Program-made: the position numbers and the translations under genes
Assembly (NCBI GenBank): GCA_046563655.1
Contig: CM102285.1
Coordinates: 4,898,001-4,962,000, forward strand
DNA from: Yuukianura sp. NJ FZ-2021
Taxonomy: Eukaryota
DNA length: 64,000 bases
Reading direction: 5' to 3'
Part shown: positions 34,525 through 46,661 of the stretch, piece by piece
Position numbering within the stretch: the stretch's first letter is position 1
Layout of the letters: each line of letters opens with the position of its first letter
Notes under the pieces: model-generated
Seen by the model: only the letters and a program-made list of their open reading frames with translations
Databases searched by the model: none
Told to the model about the DNA's origin: nothing

Positions 34525-37500
34525 TTGTTTGTTTGTTTGTTTATTTATTCTGAAAGTACCCTGTATAAACAGGCAATTACACCTCAGTCACTTCATCAGG
34601 CGAGTTTAAAATTAAAATTAAATTTAAGGTTAAAATTAATGACAATAATGTTGTTAAAAAGAGGAAACAAAAGGTAAAATTGTGAGTTTAGTCAAGAGAA
34701 GGATTCATCAAATTCATTAGCAATTTGTGAATTTGTTAATTCAGTTTGTCTATGTAGAAAGAACTTAAAAAGATCAGATTTAGTTTTACAAGAAAGAGGA
34801 TTTTTAAAATCGATGGTACTGAGTTCACTTGGTAGGGACAAAATAATATTTGACACTTTTGCAGCGAAGGAGAGTGGGTGAAAGGATTTACTGGCAGCAA
34901 TGTAAGTGCCATTCCTTGTGGACATGGTGTTGCTTAGGCACTCAAGTACTTCTGAAATAAGGGGTTGAAAGTACGGAATGTTGTATCCGAAAATTTTAGA
35001 GAAAGTAAGAAGATGTTCTAATTTGTTGAGTTGAGACGGAATTAGCCATTTGAGATCTTCATTAATCTTCACGCTCACGGGTTCCCTTTTATTCATTTGA
35101 AAAATAAAGCGTGCGCATCTTCTGTGAAGGGCGTCGATGCATCTAAATTGTGATGACTTACAATTTGACCAAATGATGAGCATGTAGCGAAGAACTGGAG
35201 TTACGTAAGAACTGATCATCAGTTTCCTATGTTTTTGATTCAAAAGATGCTGAACTGGGTATAATGACCACAGTACACTATTGCACTTTTTAGCACAGTG
35301 ACGATATGTTCACACCAGGATAACGTGTTGTCGATTGTTAGGCCAAGAGACTTAAAGGAGGTTACACTTTCGATGATTGAGTCACGGATTCTGAGATGAA
35401 TGGAACCAATTTTCTTAATTATTTTTTCTTTACCAGCCAGCATTATTTTAGTTTTGTCGATGTGGAGGGCCATGTGGTTACAATGCATCCAATCATCAAT
35501 TTGACAAATAAGAGCTTCAGCACGTTGTATTAAGAGGCTAATTTTGTCAGGATGATCACCGATTACAATGTTGTTATCATCGGCGTACAGGATTGCTGAG
35601 CCGTCAACCAGAGAGTCCAGTAAGTCGTTCACCATAATTGCGAAAAGGAGTGGGCCAAGCACTGAACCTTGGGGAACAGACAGGATCGTTTGGGATGATG
35701 ATGAATGTTGATCATTTATTTTTACACTTTGCGTTCGGTTGCATAGGTAGGATTCAAACCATTTTGGGTTAATGTTGTACCATTTCAGTTTGTCAGTTAA
35801 AATTCCTTTGTCTACTGTATCGAACGCTTTTCTTAGGTCCAGGAGATCACCAAACACACTTCACCTCGATGCACATGTGAGTAGATTAATTGTGTGAGAG
35901 CAAGCTGAGCCATTGTGGTGGAGTAATGTTCCCGGAATCCGAATTGTGCACGGTGAAGGATAGAGTACTTGTTTAAGAATTCAGTTAGTTGTACGTGAGC
36001 AAATCTTTCTATCAGTTTTGCTAATGTAGGTTGAAGAGAAATTGGACGCGTCTCTGACGGGTGGGCTGGATTCGAGACTTTTGGCAGTGGTATAACAATT
36101 GAGTGTTTTAGGTCAGATGGGAAAACACCAGAGGAGAAGCTGTCGTTAATTATCTTCATTATTTGATTACTAATAGAAGGAGCACCGACACTGTGGGCTA
36201 GGATCCAATTGGAAAGTCCAAATTGGTCTTTACTTTTGGAATATTTATTCTTGACTCTTTTCCAAATTTTTGAAAATGTGAACGCATCGATTGGTTTTAA
36301 GTTGAACTGCTCGGACGGCGTAATGGTGGATATTGGCTGTCGTGGATACAGAGTAGAAACAGTTTGAGGTGTCGTAATCGACGTGTAGTAGTCGTTGATT
36401 TGATTCACATTAAAAGGAGTTGTCCAATCATGGATTTTTCTTTCGGCTTAATTTTCTGAATCGCTTTAAATGGACCAAGTTTCTCGATATCAAGATTTAA
36501 AGCATTTCTTCTGTCCTGAGTTACTGCAGATTTGATTTTCTTTTTAAGAAAATGCAATTGGTTCTTCTCTGCATCGGATTTGGGATTGATTTTTAGAAGT
36601 TGATCACGGGTTCGAATTAACTTTTTCGTTTCATCAGATATAGTGAGTACTGTGCTGCGTGGGAAGACAGAAAGCGTTTTCACTTTCACTGTTTCATCAA
36701 AGTTGCCTCTCAGTTTTTTCATAAGTGTGAGTACTTGTGCATCTAGATTGTCCTGTTCATCACTGAATGAGGTAAAAATATTTTTGAGACAAAATTCCGC
36801 ATAATCAAAATTTTTGTAATCGATGTACTTTACTTTCACTTTAACCAGTTTCGGCTTTGCTAGGTTCACTGATATTTGTACTAAGTCATGATCAGAGACT
36901 CCCGGATCGGAAATGGACAAGTTAGTAACAGCTTCAGGAATACTTGTGAAAACTAGATCAAGTATGGAGTTGCCACGAGTAGGGTCAGTCACTAGTTGAT
37001 TGTAAATTTTTGAGATTTGGTTGAACTGTTTGCGGCATTTGGATGGGATGTATGAAAGATTTAAGTTAAAGTCACCAAGAACAAACCATTGTTTTTTGGA
37101 GAGAGTTAATGCGCCGAACAGTTCCGAAATAGAGTTCAAATCGTTGGTTATTAAATCCGCAGTATAGTTGGGGATCCTGTAGGCACTACACACAATCACT
37201 GACTTGTTGTGGTCCATTTGTATAACTGCACTTATCAATTCTAGGTTGCGGTTGGGTGCAGTGTTTAGTTCTTTTTGCTTGAATCGTAAAGTTGATCTAA
37301 TTAGCATACCTACACCACCTTTGGCTTGCCACTCACGATCTAGATGGATGAATTCGTAGCCTTCTATGTTTCTGGGTGGATGATTAATGTTTAAGTGGGT
37401 TTCTGAAATGCAGAGGACGTCAATATTGTACAAGTCCAGAAAAACTTTTATTATGTCACACTTAGAGTTAAAACTGCAAACATTTAAAGCTGCAATTTTT

Positions 37501-38667
37501 AGTTGCTTGCGAGAAGATTTTGAATTGTAATTATTACTGGAGCTGATTAGTCAATTTTGATTCTGATTCGGGTTACGGGTCATCGTAGTATAGGTTGGGT
37601 TGGGTGGTGAGCGACTGGTTAAATTGCTTCGGTTGAACACACTTTGCGTCATGGTGGGTGCATTGTTCTCAGATGGCGAGTTGGAGTCCATGTTGTTACG
37701 TCGGGAGGCCATGTTTTTCCGGGTAATGAGTGGAAGGTCTTGGTTAATGTTGAGTTGTGGTAGTGCAGACTTAATTTGCTTCTTGTTTTTCCATACTGTG
37801 TTCCTTGCCTCCAGCGACTTGAAGGTAACTTTGATGGGCTTATCTGGGTACTGAGGCGTGGGTCTTCCAAGGCGATGGGCTTCATCAATGAAGTGTTGAG
37901 TGTCAATTTGTAGTGCATGACCGAGCATATTTTGAAGTTCTGATTTGATTGACTGATTTGTTTCATTGTTTGCAAATTGAACACCGTGAATTATCAAGTT
38001 GGCTTTACTCAGTGCAATTTGTATCTTTTCCAATTCCGAATCTTGAGTATAGATACGAGTGGATAGATCTTTTTGATTGTTTTCAACGGCATGCACTCGG
38101 GAATTGAGGGAGGAAACTTCGGTCGAGAGTAATTGAATTTGCTGAGTAAGCTCGATGTGATTCGAAGTGACCTTATTACTAAGGTCACGAACGGCTGCAA
38201 GTACAGAGGCAATAGTGGCATTGTCGGACTCGGACATTTTCAGTGATTTGGATGAAGTGATGATGTCTTCCTTTGGTTTCCTTTTTTTCCCTCGTGTTTG
38301 GACACCTTCAGATGAGTTCATGATGTGTCATCAACGGTTGATATCTAGATAGATACCAAAACAGGTGCCAGTATCTTTTGGAACTTATACAAAGTTTGTC
38401 AGTAGCACCTTCAGGATTCACATTTACTTAAGTAAGAGGGAACTTACTTTGACTGAGTAGTCAGCTGATATTCCTGGTTTGATATTTGGCTGATTTCCTT
38501 GATATTCCTTGGCAGTAGTTGAACTTCCGTCGTACAGTGATTGCTCTTGGTAGTTTTGGTGTAATGATTGGTCAACAAGGAAGGTACGAACGTTGTCAAT
38601 TGATCACGTTTTTTGTCGATGTCTTTTGTGTCGATGTCTTGGCATATGGACCCTTTAGCATTGAGTT
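34525..38667 (-). mobile_element. Full-length CR1/L2-group LINE (ORF1 plus APE-RT ORF2 with three frameshifts)
   Basis: ORF1 38321-37551 (coiled coil, NLIIHGV, AHRLG..PIKVTF). ORF2 37550-34692: LNVCS, CISETH, LGDFN, ILDLVFT, SDHD, RPISL, QFGFR, LDLRKAFD, VPQGSVLGPLLF, YADD. 3' tail AATAAAT(AAAC)n. GTGGT is duplicated at 34520-34524 and 38668-38672. Confidence 0.96.
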
Positions 38668-40180
38668 GTGGTGGATGAGATATTTCAGCGATGTCCAAGA
38701 TATTGGATGTATGTACAAGGGAATGCTCAGGTTGTTCTGAATATGACTCAATTTGAAAGAAAAATATTCAGTGTCGCTTATATCGAATAATTCTGGCCAT
38801 CCACTCTAGTGGTGGATGAGATATTTCAGCGATGTCCAAGATATTGGATGTATGTACAAGGGAATGCTCAGGTTATTCTGAATATAACTCAATTTGAAAG
38901 AAAAATATTAGTAGCGCTTATATCGAATATTTCTGTCCAGCGACTCTAGTGGCGGATAAGATATTTCAGCGATGTCCAAGATATTGGATGTATGTACAAG
39001 GGAATGCTCAGGTTGTTGTGACTATGACTCAATTTGAAAGAAAAGTATTCAGTAGCGCTTATATCGAATATTTCTGTCCAGCCACTCTAGTGGCGGATAA
39101 GATGTTTCAGCCATGTCCAAGATATTGGATGTATGTACAAGGGAATGCTCAGGTTGTTCTGAATATGACTCAATTTGAAAGAAAAATATTCAGTGTCGCT
39201 TGTATCGAATAATTCTGGCCAGCCAGTCTAGTGGTGGATGAGATATTTCAGCGATGTCCAAGATATTGGATGTATGTACAAGGGAATGCTCAGGTTATTC
39301 TGAATATAACTCAATTTGAAAGAAAAATATTAGTAGCGCTTATATCGAATATTTCTGTCCAGCGACTCTAGTGGCGGATAAGATATTTCAGCGATGTCCA
39401 AGATATTGGATGTATGTACAAGGGAATGCTCAGGTTGTTCTGACTATGACTCAATTTGAAAGAAAAGTATTCAGTGGCGCATATATCGAATATTTCTGTC
39501 TAGCCACTCTAGTGGTGGATGAGACATTTTAGCGATGTCCAAGATATTGGATGTATGTACAAGGGAATGCTCAGGTTGTTCTGAATATGACTCAATTTGA
39601 AAGAAAAATATTCAGTGTCGCTTATATCGAATAATTCTGGCCATCCACTCTAGTGGTGGATGAGATATTTCAGCGATGTCCAAGATATTGGATGTATGTA
39701 CAAGGGAATGCTCAGGTTATTCTGAATATAACTCAATTTGAAAGAAAAATATTAGTAGCGCTTATATCGAATATTTCTGTCCAGCCACTCTAGTGGCGGA
39801 TAAGATGTTTCAGCCATGTCCAAGATATTGGATGTATGTACAAGGGAATGCTCAGGTTGTTCTGAATATGACTCAATTTGAAAGAAAAATATTCAGTGTC
39901 GCTTATATCGAATATTTCTGTCCAGCGACTCTAGTGGCGGATAAGATATTTCAGCGATGTTTCAGATATTGGATGTATGTACAAGGGAATGCTCAGGTTG
40001 TTCTGACTATGACTCAATTTGAAAGAAAAGTATTCAGTGTCGCTTGTATCGAATAATTCTGGCCAGCCACTCTAGTGGTGGATGAGATATTTCAGCGATG
40101 TCCAAGATATTGGATGTATGTACAAGGGAATGCTCAGGTTATTCTGACTATGACTCAATTTGAAAGAAAAACATTTAGTG
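38668..40180 (+). repeat. 141-bp satellite array, middle part
   Basis: The same unit resumes in register after the LINE. Confidence 0.97.
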
Positions 40181-42168
40181 GTAGCGCGACTTTGAAGCGA
40201 TTGCAATGCACATAGTTTTAACCATGCCACCAATGCATTCTGTTTACAGAACTTGGTTGGTATGTTTATGTTCTAAACCTTCAGCATATAACGCCGGGTT
40301 AACTACTTTTGCTCAACACTGTATAGTTTCACCAAAGCGTGCATTTGATACAAACATAAAAAACTACAGAACGCATTGGTACTTATTGGACTTGGTAGCG
40401 CAACTTTGAAGCGGTTGCAATGCGCATAGTCTTCAACATGCCACCAATGCATTCTGTTTACAGAATTTGGTTGGTATGTTTATGTACTAAACTTTCAGCA
40501 TATAACGCCGGGTTAACTACTTTTGCTCAACACTGTATAGTTTCACCAAAGCGTGCATTTGGTACAAACATAAAAAACAACAGAACGCATTGGTACTTAT
40601 TGGACTTCGTAGCGCGACTTTGAAGCGGTTACAATGCGCATAGTTTTAACCATGCCACCAATGCATGCACTACTTTTGCTCAACACTGTATAGTTTCAGC
40701 AAAGCGTTTATTTGATACAAACATAAAAAACAACAGAACGCATTGGTACTTATTGGACTTCGTAGCGCGACTTTGAAGCGGTTGCAATGCGCATAGTTTT
40801 AACCATGCCACCAATACATTGTGTTTACAGAATTTGGTTGGTATGTTTATGTTCTAAACTTTCAGCATATAACGCCGGGTTAACTACTTTTGCTCAACAC
40901 TGTATAGTTTCACCAAAGCGTGCATTTGGTACAAACATAAAAAACAACAGAACGCATTGGTACTTATTGGACTTGGTAGCGCGACTTTGAAGCGGTTGCA
41001 ATGCGCATAGTTTTAACCATGCCACCAATGCATTCTGTTTACAGAATTTGGTTGGTATGTTTATGTTCTAAACTTTCAGCATATAACGCCGGATGCACTA
41101 GTTTTGCTCAACACTGTATATTTTCAGCAAAGCGTATATTTGATTCAAACATAAAAAAACAACAGAACGCAGTTGAAAACTTGCAGCATATAACGCCGGG
41201 TGCACTACTTTTGCTCAACACTGTATAGTTTCACCAAAGCGTTCATTTGATACAAACATAAAAAACAACAGAACGCATTGGTACTTATTGGACTTGGTAG
41301 CGCGACTTTGAAGCGGTTGCAATGCGCATAGTTTTAACCATGCCACCAATACATTCTGTTTACAGAATTTGGTTGGTATGTTTATGTTGAAAACTTTCAG
41401 CATATAACGCCGGATGCCCTAGTTTTGCTCAACACTGTATAGTTTCACCAAAGCGTTCATTTGATACAAACATAAAAAACAACAGAACGCATTGGTACTT
41501 ATTGGACTTCGTAGCACGCCTTTGAAGCGATTGCAATGCACATAGTTTTAACCATGCCACCAATGCATTTTGTTTACAGAACTTGGTTGGTATGTTTATG
41601 CTCTAAACTTCCAGCATATAACGCCGGGTGCACTACTTTTGCTCAACACTGTATAGTTTCACCAAAGCGTTCATTTGATACAAACATAAAAAACAACAGA
41701 ACGCATTGGTACTTATTGGACTTCGTAGCACGACTTTGAAGCGGTTGCAATGCGCATAGTTTTAACCATGCCACCAATACATTCTGTTTACAGAATTTGG
41801 TTGGTATGTTTATGTTCTAAACTTTCAGCATATAACGCCGGGTGCACTACTTTTGCTCAACACTGTATAGTTTCAGCAAAGCGTACATTTGATACAAACA
41901 TAAAAAACAACAGAACGCATTGGTACTTATTGGACTTGGTAGCGCGACTTTGAAGCGATTGCAATGCACATAGTCTTCAACATGGCACCAATGCATTCTG
42001 TTTACAGAACTTGGTTGGTATGTTTATGTTGAAAACTTTCAGCATATAACGCCGGATGCACTAGTTTTGCTCAACACTGTATAGTTTCAGAAAAGCGTAC
42101 TTTTGATACAAACATAAAAAACAACAGAACGCATTGGTACTTATTGGACTTCGTAGCGCGACTTTGAA
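40181..42168 (+). repeat. 214-bp satellite array (~9-10 units, some internally deleted)
   Basis: Unit GTAGCGCGACTTTGAAGCGGTTGCAATGCGCATAG...TACTTATTGGACTT; periods 40206-40420, 40787-41001 and 41536-41750. Confidence 0.96.
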
Positions 42169-42748
42169 GCTCGCATATTTTTGTCCAGCCACTCCAGTGG
42201 TGGATGAGATATTTCAGCCATGTATAAGATATTGGATGTATGTACAAGGGAATGCTCAGGTTGTTCTGACTATGACTCAATTTGAAAGAAAAATATTTGT
42301 AGCGCTTATATCGAATAATTCTGGCCAGCCATTCTCGTGGTGGATGAAATATTTCAGCCATGTCCAAGATATTGGATGTATGTACAAGGCAATGCTCAGG
42401 TGGTTCTTAATAAGACTCAGTTTGAAATAAGAATATTCTGCAGCGCTTAAATCAAATAATTCTGGCATGCCATTCTAGTGGCGGAGAAGATATTTCAGCC
42501 ATGTCAAAGATATTGGATGCATGTACAAGGGAATGCTCAGGTTGTTCTGACTATGAGTCAATTTGAAAGAAAAATATTCAGTGGCGCTTATGTCTAATAA
42601 TTCTGGCCAGCCACTCTAGTGGTGGATGAGATATTTCAGCCATGTCCAAGACATCGGATGTATGTACAAGGGAATGCTCAGGTTGTCCTGAATAATCCTC
42701 AGTTTGAAAATGAATATTCAGGAGCGCCTACATCAAATAATTCTGGCT
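42169..42748 (+). repeat. 141-bp satellite array, right diverged end (~4 units)
   Basis: The unit resumes at TCGCATATTTTTGTCCAGCC and decays by ~42750. Confidence 0.93.
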
Positions 42749-43150
42749 TACAGTGGCTAGCTAAAGAGATTAATTTATTCTGTCGGTGTCGTTTCATCGT
42801 TAAATATATTTTTTTAGATGTTGCGCATGAAGTACTAATTCCCGCGTTTTTTTCAAGTTCAATTATTGAATTAATCTCACATTGAAATTTATCAGGCTAC
42901 TGATCCTTAAAAAAACATTTTGAAGAATATATTTTCGCAAGTCCCGAAAATGCGGCTCCAAAACGCAACCTTAAGTTTAAAATATTTCTAACATTATGAA
43001 TTAGAATCACCATTATCGAGAATTCCAATTTTTATCAACGACCGTTGTGCAGGAGTAGGCTTACGTGAGAATCATAAACGAGTCGACTAAGGTTCGTATA
43101 CAAGAGAGCGGATTTTTAATAACTGAAAAGTCTAACGTGCGAATTGCGTG

Positions 43151-44534
43151 TTATTATAATAGCGAAGCTATTATGATAAAAGTAGTTTGTCTGTCTGTCT
43201 GTCCGTCTGTCCGTCTGTCTGTCCGTCCGTCTGTCTGTCCAGATTAATTATTTCAGAAACTACTGGCCCGATTTGATTCCGGTTTTCACCTATCAACACC
43301 CCATGACCCGGACTAGGTCACTATTGAATATGACCCCCGGGTGTCAACTCCTTCCGGGTCAAACGTCAAGGTCAACCGGTTTCATCCCCGGTAACCCGGA
43401 AAATGACCTCTACAAAAGTTGTTCATCTCATCGAGGGGAACAACTGTTGTGTGTAACGTGTGACCCTAGGTCACCTGCTTCCGGGTCAAAATCGATTTGA
43501 AAGGTCATTTGTACTGCAAGTGTGGGTAAAAAAAACTCTGCTTGTGAGACTGGAAAGGCAATTGGCATGGGCCTTGGTTCTCTGTTTAGCAAAAAATCCA
43601 TTACGCAGTTGACTAACACACTCAACTGTCACCTGTCACACTTCATCTTTCACTTCACCTGTCACGTGCCGGGTATCACCTGTCACGCGCCGGATGTCAC
43701 CTGTCACGTGCCGGGTGTCACCTATCACGGCTATCACGCGCCGGGTGTCACCTGTCACGGCTGTCACTTGCAGGGTGTCAGTTGTCACCTGTCACTCACG
43801 TGCCGGGTGTCACGTGTCACTTGCCGGGTGAGAGTTGTCAACTGTCACTCACGTGTCGGGTGTCAGCTGTCACGTGCTGGGTGTCAGCTGTCACATGTCA
43901 CTTTCCGGGTGTCACCTCTCACCTGTCACTTTCCGGGTGTCACCTGTCACTTGCCGGGTGTCAGCTGTCACCTGTCACTTTCCGGGTGTCACATCTCACC
44001 TGTCACTTTCCGCGTGTCACCTGTCACTTTCCGCGTGTCACCTGTCACTTTCCGCGTGTCACCTGTTACTTGCCGTGTGTCAGCTGTCACCTGTCACTTT
44101 CCGGGTGTCACCTGTCACCTGTCACGTGCCGGGTATCATCTGTCACATGCCGGGTGTCACCTGTCATATACCGGGTGTCACCTGTCACGTGCCGCGTGTC
44201 ACCCGTCACCCTCAAGTGTCACTTGCCGGGTGTCACCTGTCACGCCTCAGCTGTCACGTCTCACCTGTCAACACCCCCTGGAAGGCGGGAAAGTGGGGGG
44301 AACACACCCCCACTACCCGGGGGGGGGCAGGAAAGTGGGGGGAACACACCCCCACGCCTCCTGGGGTGCGGAGCAAAAAAGCGGGAAAACACACCCTCAC
44401 TCCCCCGGCGGGCCGGGAAAGTTGGGGGAACACACCCCCGCTCACCTTTGGAGGGGGGGGGGGCTTTAGGGTGATTTACAAAACTTCCCTATTCTTCGCT
44501 ATTATCATTATGGGCGGTTTACAACCGGTTTATT
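43151..44534 (+). mobile_element. Helentron-associated non-autonomous element (HINE/DINE-1-like)
   Basis: Subterminal inverted repeat ATAATAGCGAAG (43156) / CTTCGCTATTAT (44494), 5' mini-palindrome AATAGCGAAGCTATT, (GTCY)n at ~43188-43239, 3' hairpin CGGTT-TAC-AACCG and T-rich ends. Confidence 0.8.
43625..44272 (+). repeat. TGTCACC-based minisatellite (~22-bp units) inside the HINE
   Basis: TGTCACCTGTCACTTTCCGGG variants in tandem, followed by G/C-run repeats to ~44463. Confidence 0.92.
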
Positions 44535-44763
44535 AACTCATCGAGACGCGAATCTGACTAAGCAGTTCCAACTTAGAATTCTATTTGGAACACTAAAGCT
44601 ACAAATTATTTTCAATGTTTTCCTCAATATTTTGGTGTTTTTAAGTAAATAAATAAATAAATATTCCTGTAGTTGATAGAAAACCATTTTACCATCTTTT
44701 CAGATTACATACCGTTTCCTTATTGCTTTAACCCGACGTCGGCAGGTTTCACACTTTTGTTAT

Positions 44764-45182
44764 TAGGCAGTTATCTGCAGACCACGTATCTTGAAACGTA
44801 CGTTGTAACGTAACGTATCTTTTTTGAGATACGTGATACGTTTCCCGTATCTTTTTCACCAGTTTTCTGCAAGCCCCAAAACCAAAAACCGTAACGTCTA
44901 GCGCAAGTCCGTTTTGTTTACAAAAAAGATGAAAAGAGTGATTTTCAAATTGCACCTGTTACAGATACAAAACAAACTTCTAAATGGATTCACACTTTGA
45001 ACCGGGTGTGATTTGGAATTTAAGATACGTTTACGTCTCCCGTATCTCTCACGTATCTTTTCGATTCTTACGTCGACGTAAGTAGATACGTTTACGTATC
45101 TCAAGCTCTTCACGTATCTTTTTCGAAAAGATACGTGATACGTTTACGTTTTCAAGATACGTGGGCTGCAGATAACTGCCTA
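44764..45182. mobile_element. MITE, 419 bp
   Basis: TAGGCAGTTATCTGCAG..CACGTATCTTGAAA is mirrored at the right end. TTAT on both flanks (or TA if the termini are GGC..GCC). Internal ACGTATCT repeats. Confidence 0.88.
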
Positions 45183-46369
45183 TTATCACGTTATAAAACT
45201 TGCGCAATATGTAGTTGCGGAAAGGTGGGGGATTCTTTGGCGCAACTAAACAAAGGAATAGTTTATTAGAAAGACGGCTAATTTTATGCATCACATTTTT
45301 TAACTAAATTAAAATAGGTTCCATCATTTCCCCAAAACTTTTTTTAAAATGTTTTGGGGAAATGCTTTGACCTACCTCAGAGATCGATAATTGAATTAAA
45401 CCAAAATCATGCTCCAGTTGTGAGGCTCGAAATCGGCTCTGAAATGCTGCTTCTAATATTTTAATGCATCGCTTGCATTGTGTTCAAAAATGTTCATAAC
45501 AAATCACGATTACGCAAATATTGAATACTATCATATACGTTTTGCAGTCTGCCCAATATTGGCCAACGTAGGTTTGAAATAGCATGTCCTATTTGTCCTC
45601 AAAGTAATTTTTCAAGAATGTGAATTTTTTTCGTCGCTTTTTTTCTGGGAGGCAGTGGTTCAACTTTGTTCAGTTTTGCTAGTTTCAGGGAATTTAGTTT
45701 TGTTTAACCTACTGCAAACTGTATCGCTTCAGTTCATACGTTCCTAGCATGTGTTTCAGAAAGGTGTAAAATTAACACCAATATTTGAAGCGAGAACTCA
45801 TCTCCGGTTCAGTTTAAATTGTTAGGCTTTTTCGAGTTGTAAGTGTGCGCGGTTTCGACATTAGCTTTAGCTTAAGTTTTTATTTTTTTTTATTAGAAAT
45901 GAAATTTAAAAAAATCTTTTTACTAATAAGAGGGACATAAATCAACGCCACGACCTCAACTATCCTATTAAATTATTTAACTGTTATAATATTGTAACGA
46001 CTATTCTCAACCTTGTGTTATCATTACGAGAAAGAAAGAAAGCAAATTGCATTCATTCAATTTGAAGAAGTATGAGTATGAGTGGCTTTAATGCAGTCCC
46101 TTGGAAGTCGTTCGGTTTTGTGTCAAACCGGAAACAAATTAGTCATGTGAAGTCACTCAATTAGTCATTAGAGAGGTCATGTGGGATTCATGTGAAAACA
46201 TCAATTCGGTGGTTACGATTCGCAACTTGCGAAGCGATTGTAGCCATGCATGAAACAGAGGAACGGATAGACTGAAAAAGTGCCTACAAAACTTTCACCG
46301 CTATTTAAATAAAGCAGCTTTCCCTTACTTGAACTTACTAACCAACCGTAAGGTACCCCGCTTTGTTAG

Positions 46370-46661
46370 GGTAAGCGCCATATTGCTTCGAACCGAATTG
46401 CTCCGAACGAAAAAAAACAATAATTACTCCAAAAGACAAAATTGCTCCGAAATTAAATAAACTTACGTTAACATGCTTCGTTTTAAGTAGGTTAGGTTAT
46501 GAATCATAAGGTTTATTTTGATCAGGCTAACAATCACGAAATTATATAGGCTTGGGTTCGTTATAAATCACACGGTTTAAGTTAATAAGACTATTTTCGG
46601 AAATATGATATTCGGAGCAATTGGTTTCGTGACAATTCATTGGGAGCAATTGGATTGAACC
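46370..46661. mobile_element. Small MULE-like MITE
   Basis: 9-bp TSD CTTTGTTAG (46361-46369, 46662-46670), GGT..ACC ends, AATTGCTCCGAA subterminal repeats in inverted orientation and TAGGTTAGG in the centre. Confidence 0.75.

Noticed and set aside
30535..42748. Repeated ORFs (RYWMYVQGNAQ.., MRIVLTMPP..) and a CRISPR-like appearance
   Set aside because: These are translations of satellite units with scattered stops. There are no unique spacers or cas genes, and the context is eukaryotic.
43522..44536. Three long overlapping Cys/His-rich ORFs
   Set aside because: Artefact of a stop-free TGTCACC minisatellite inside a HINE.
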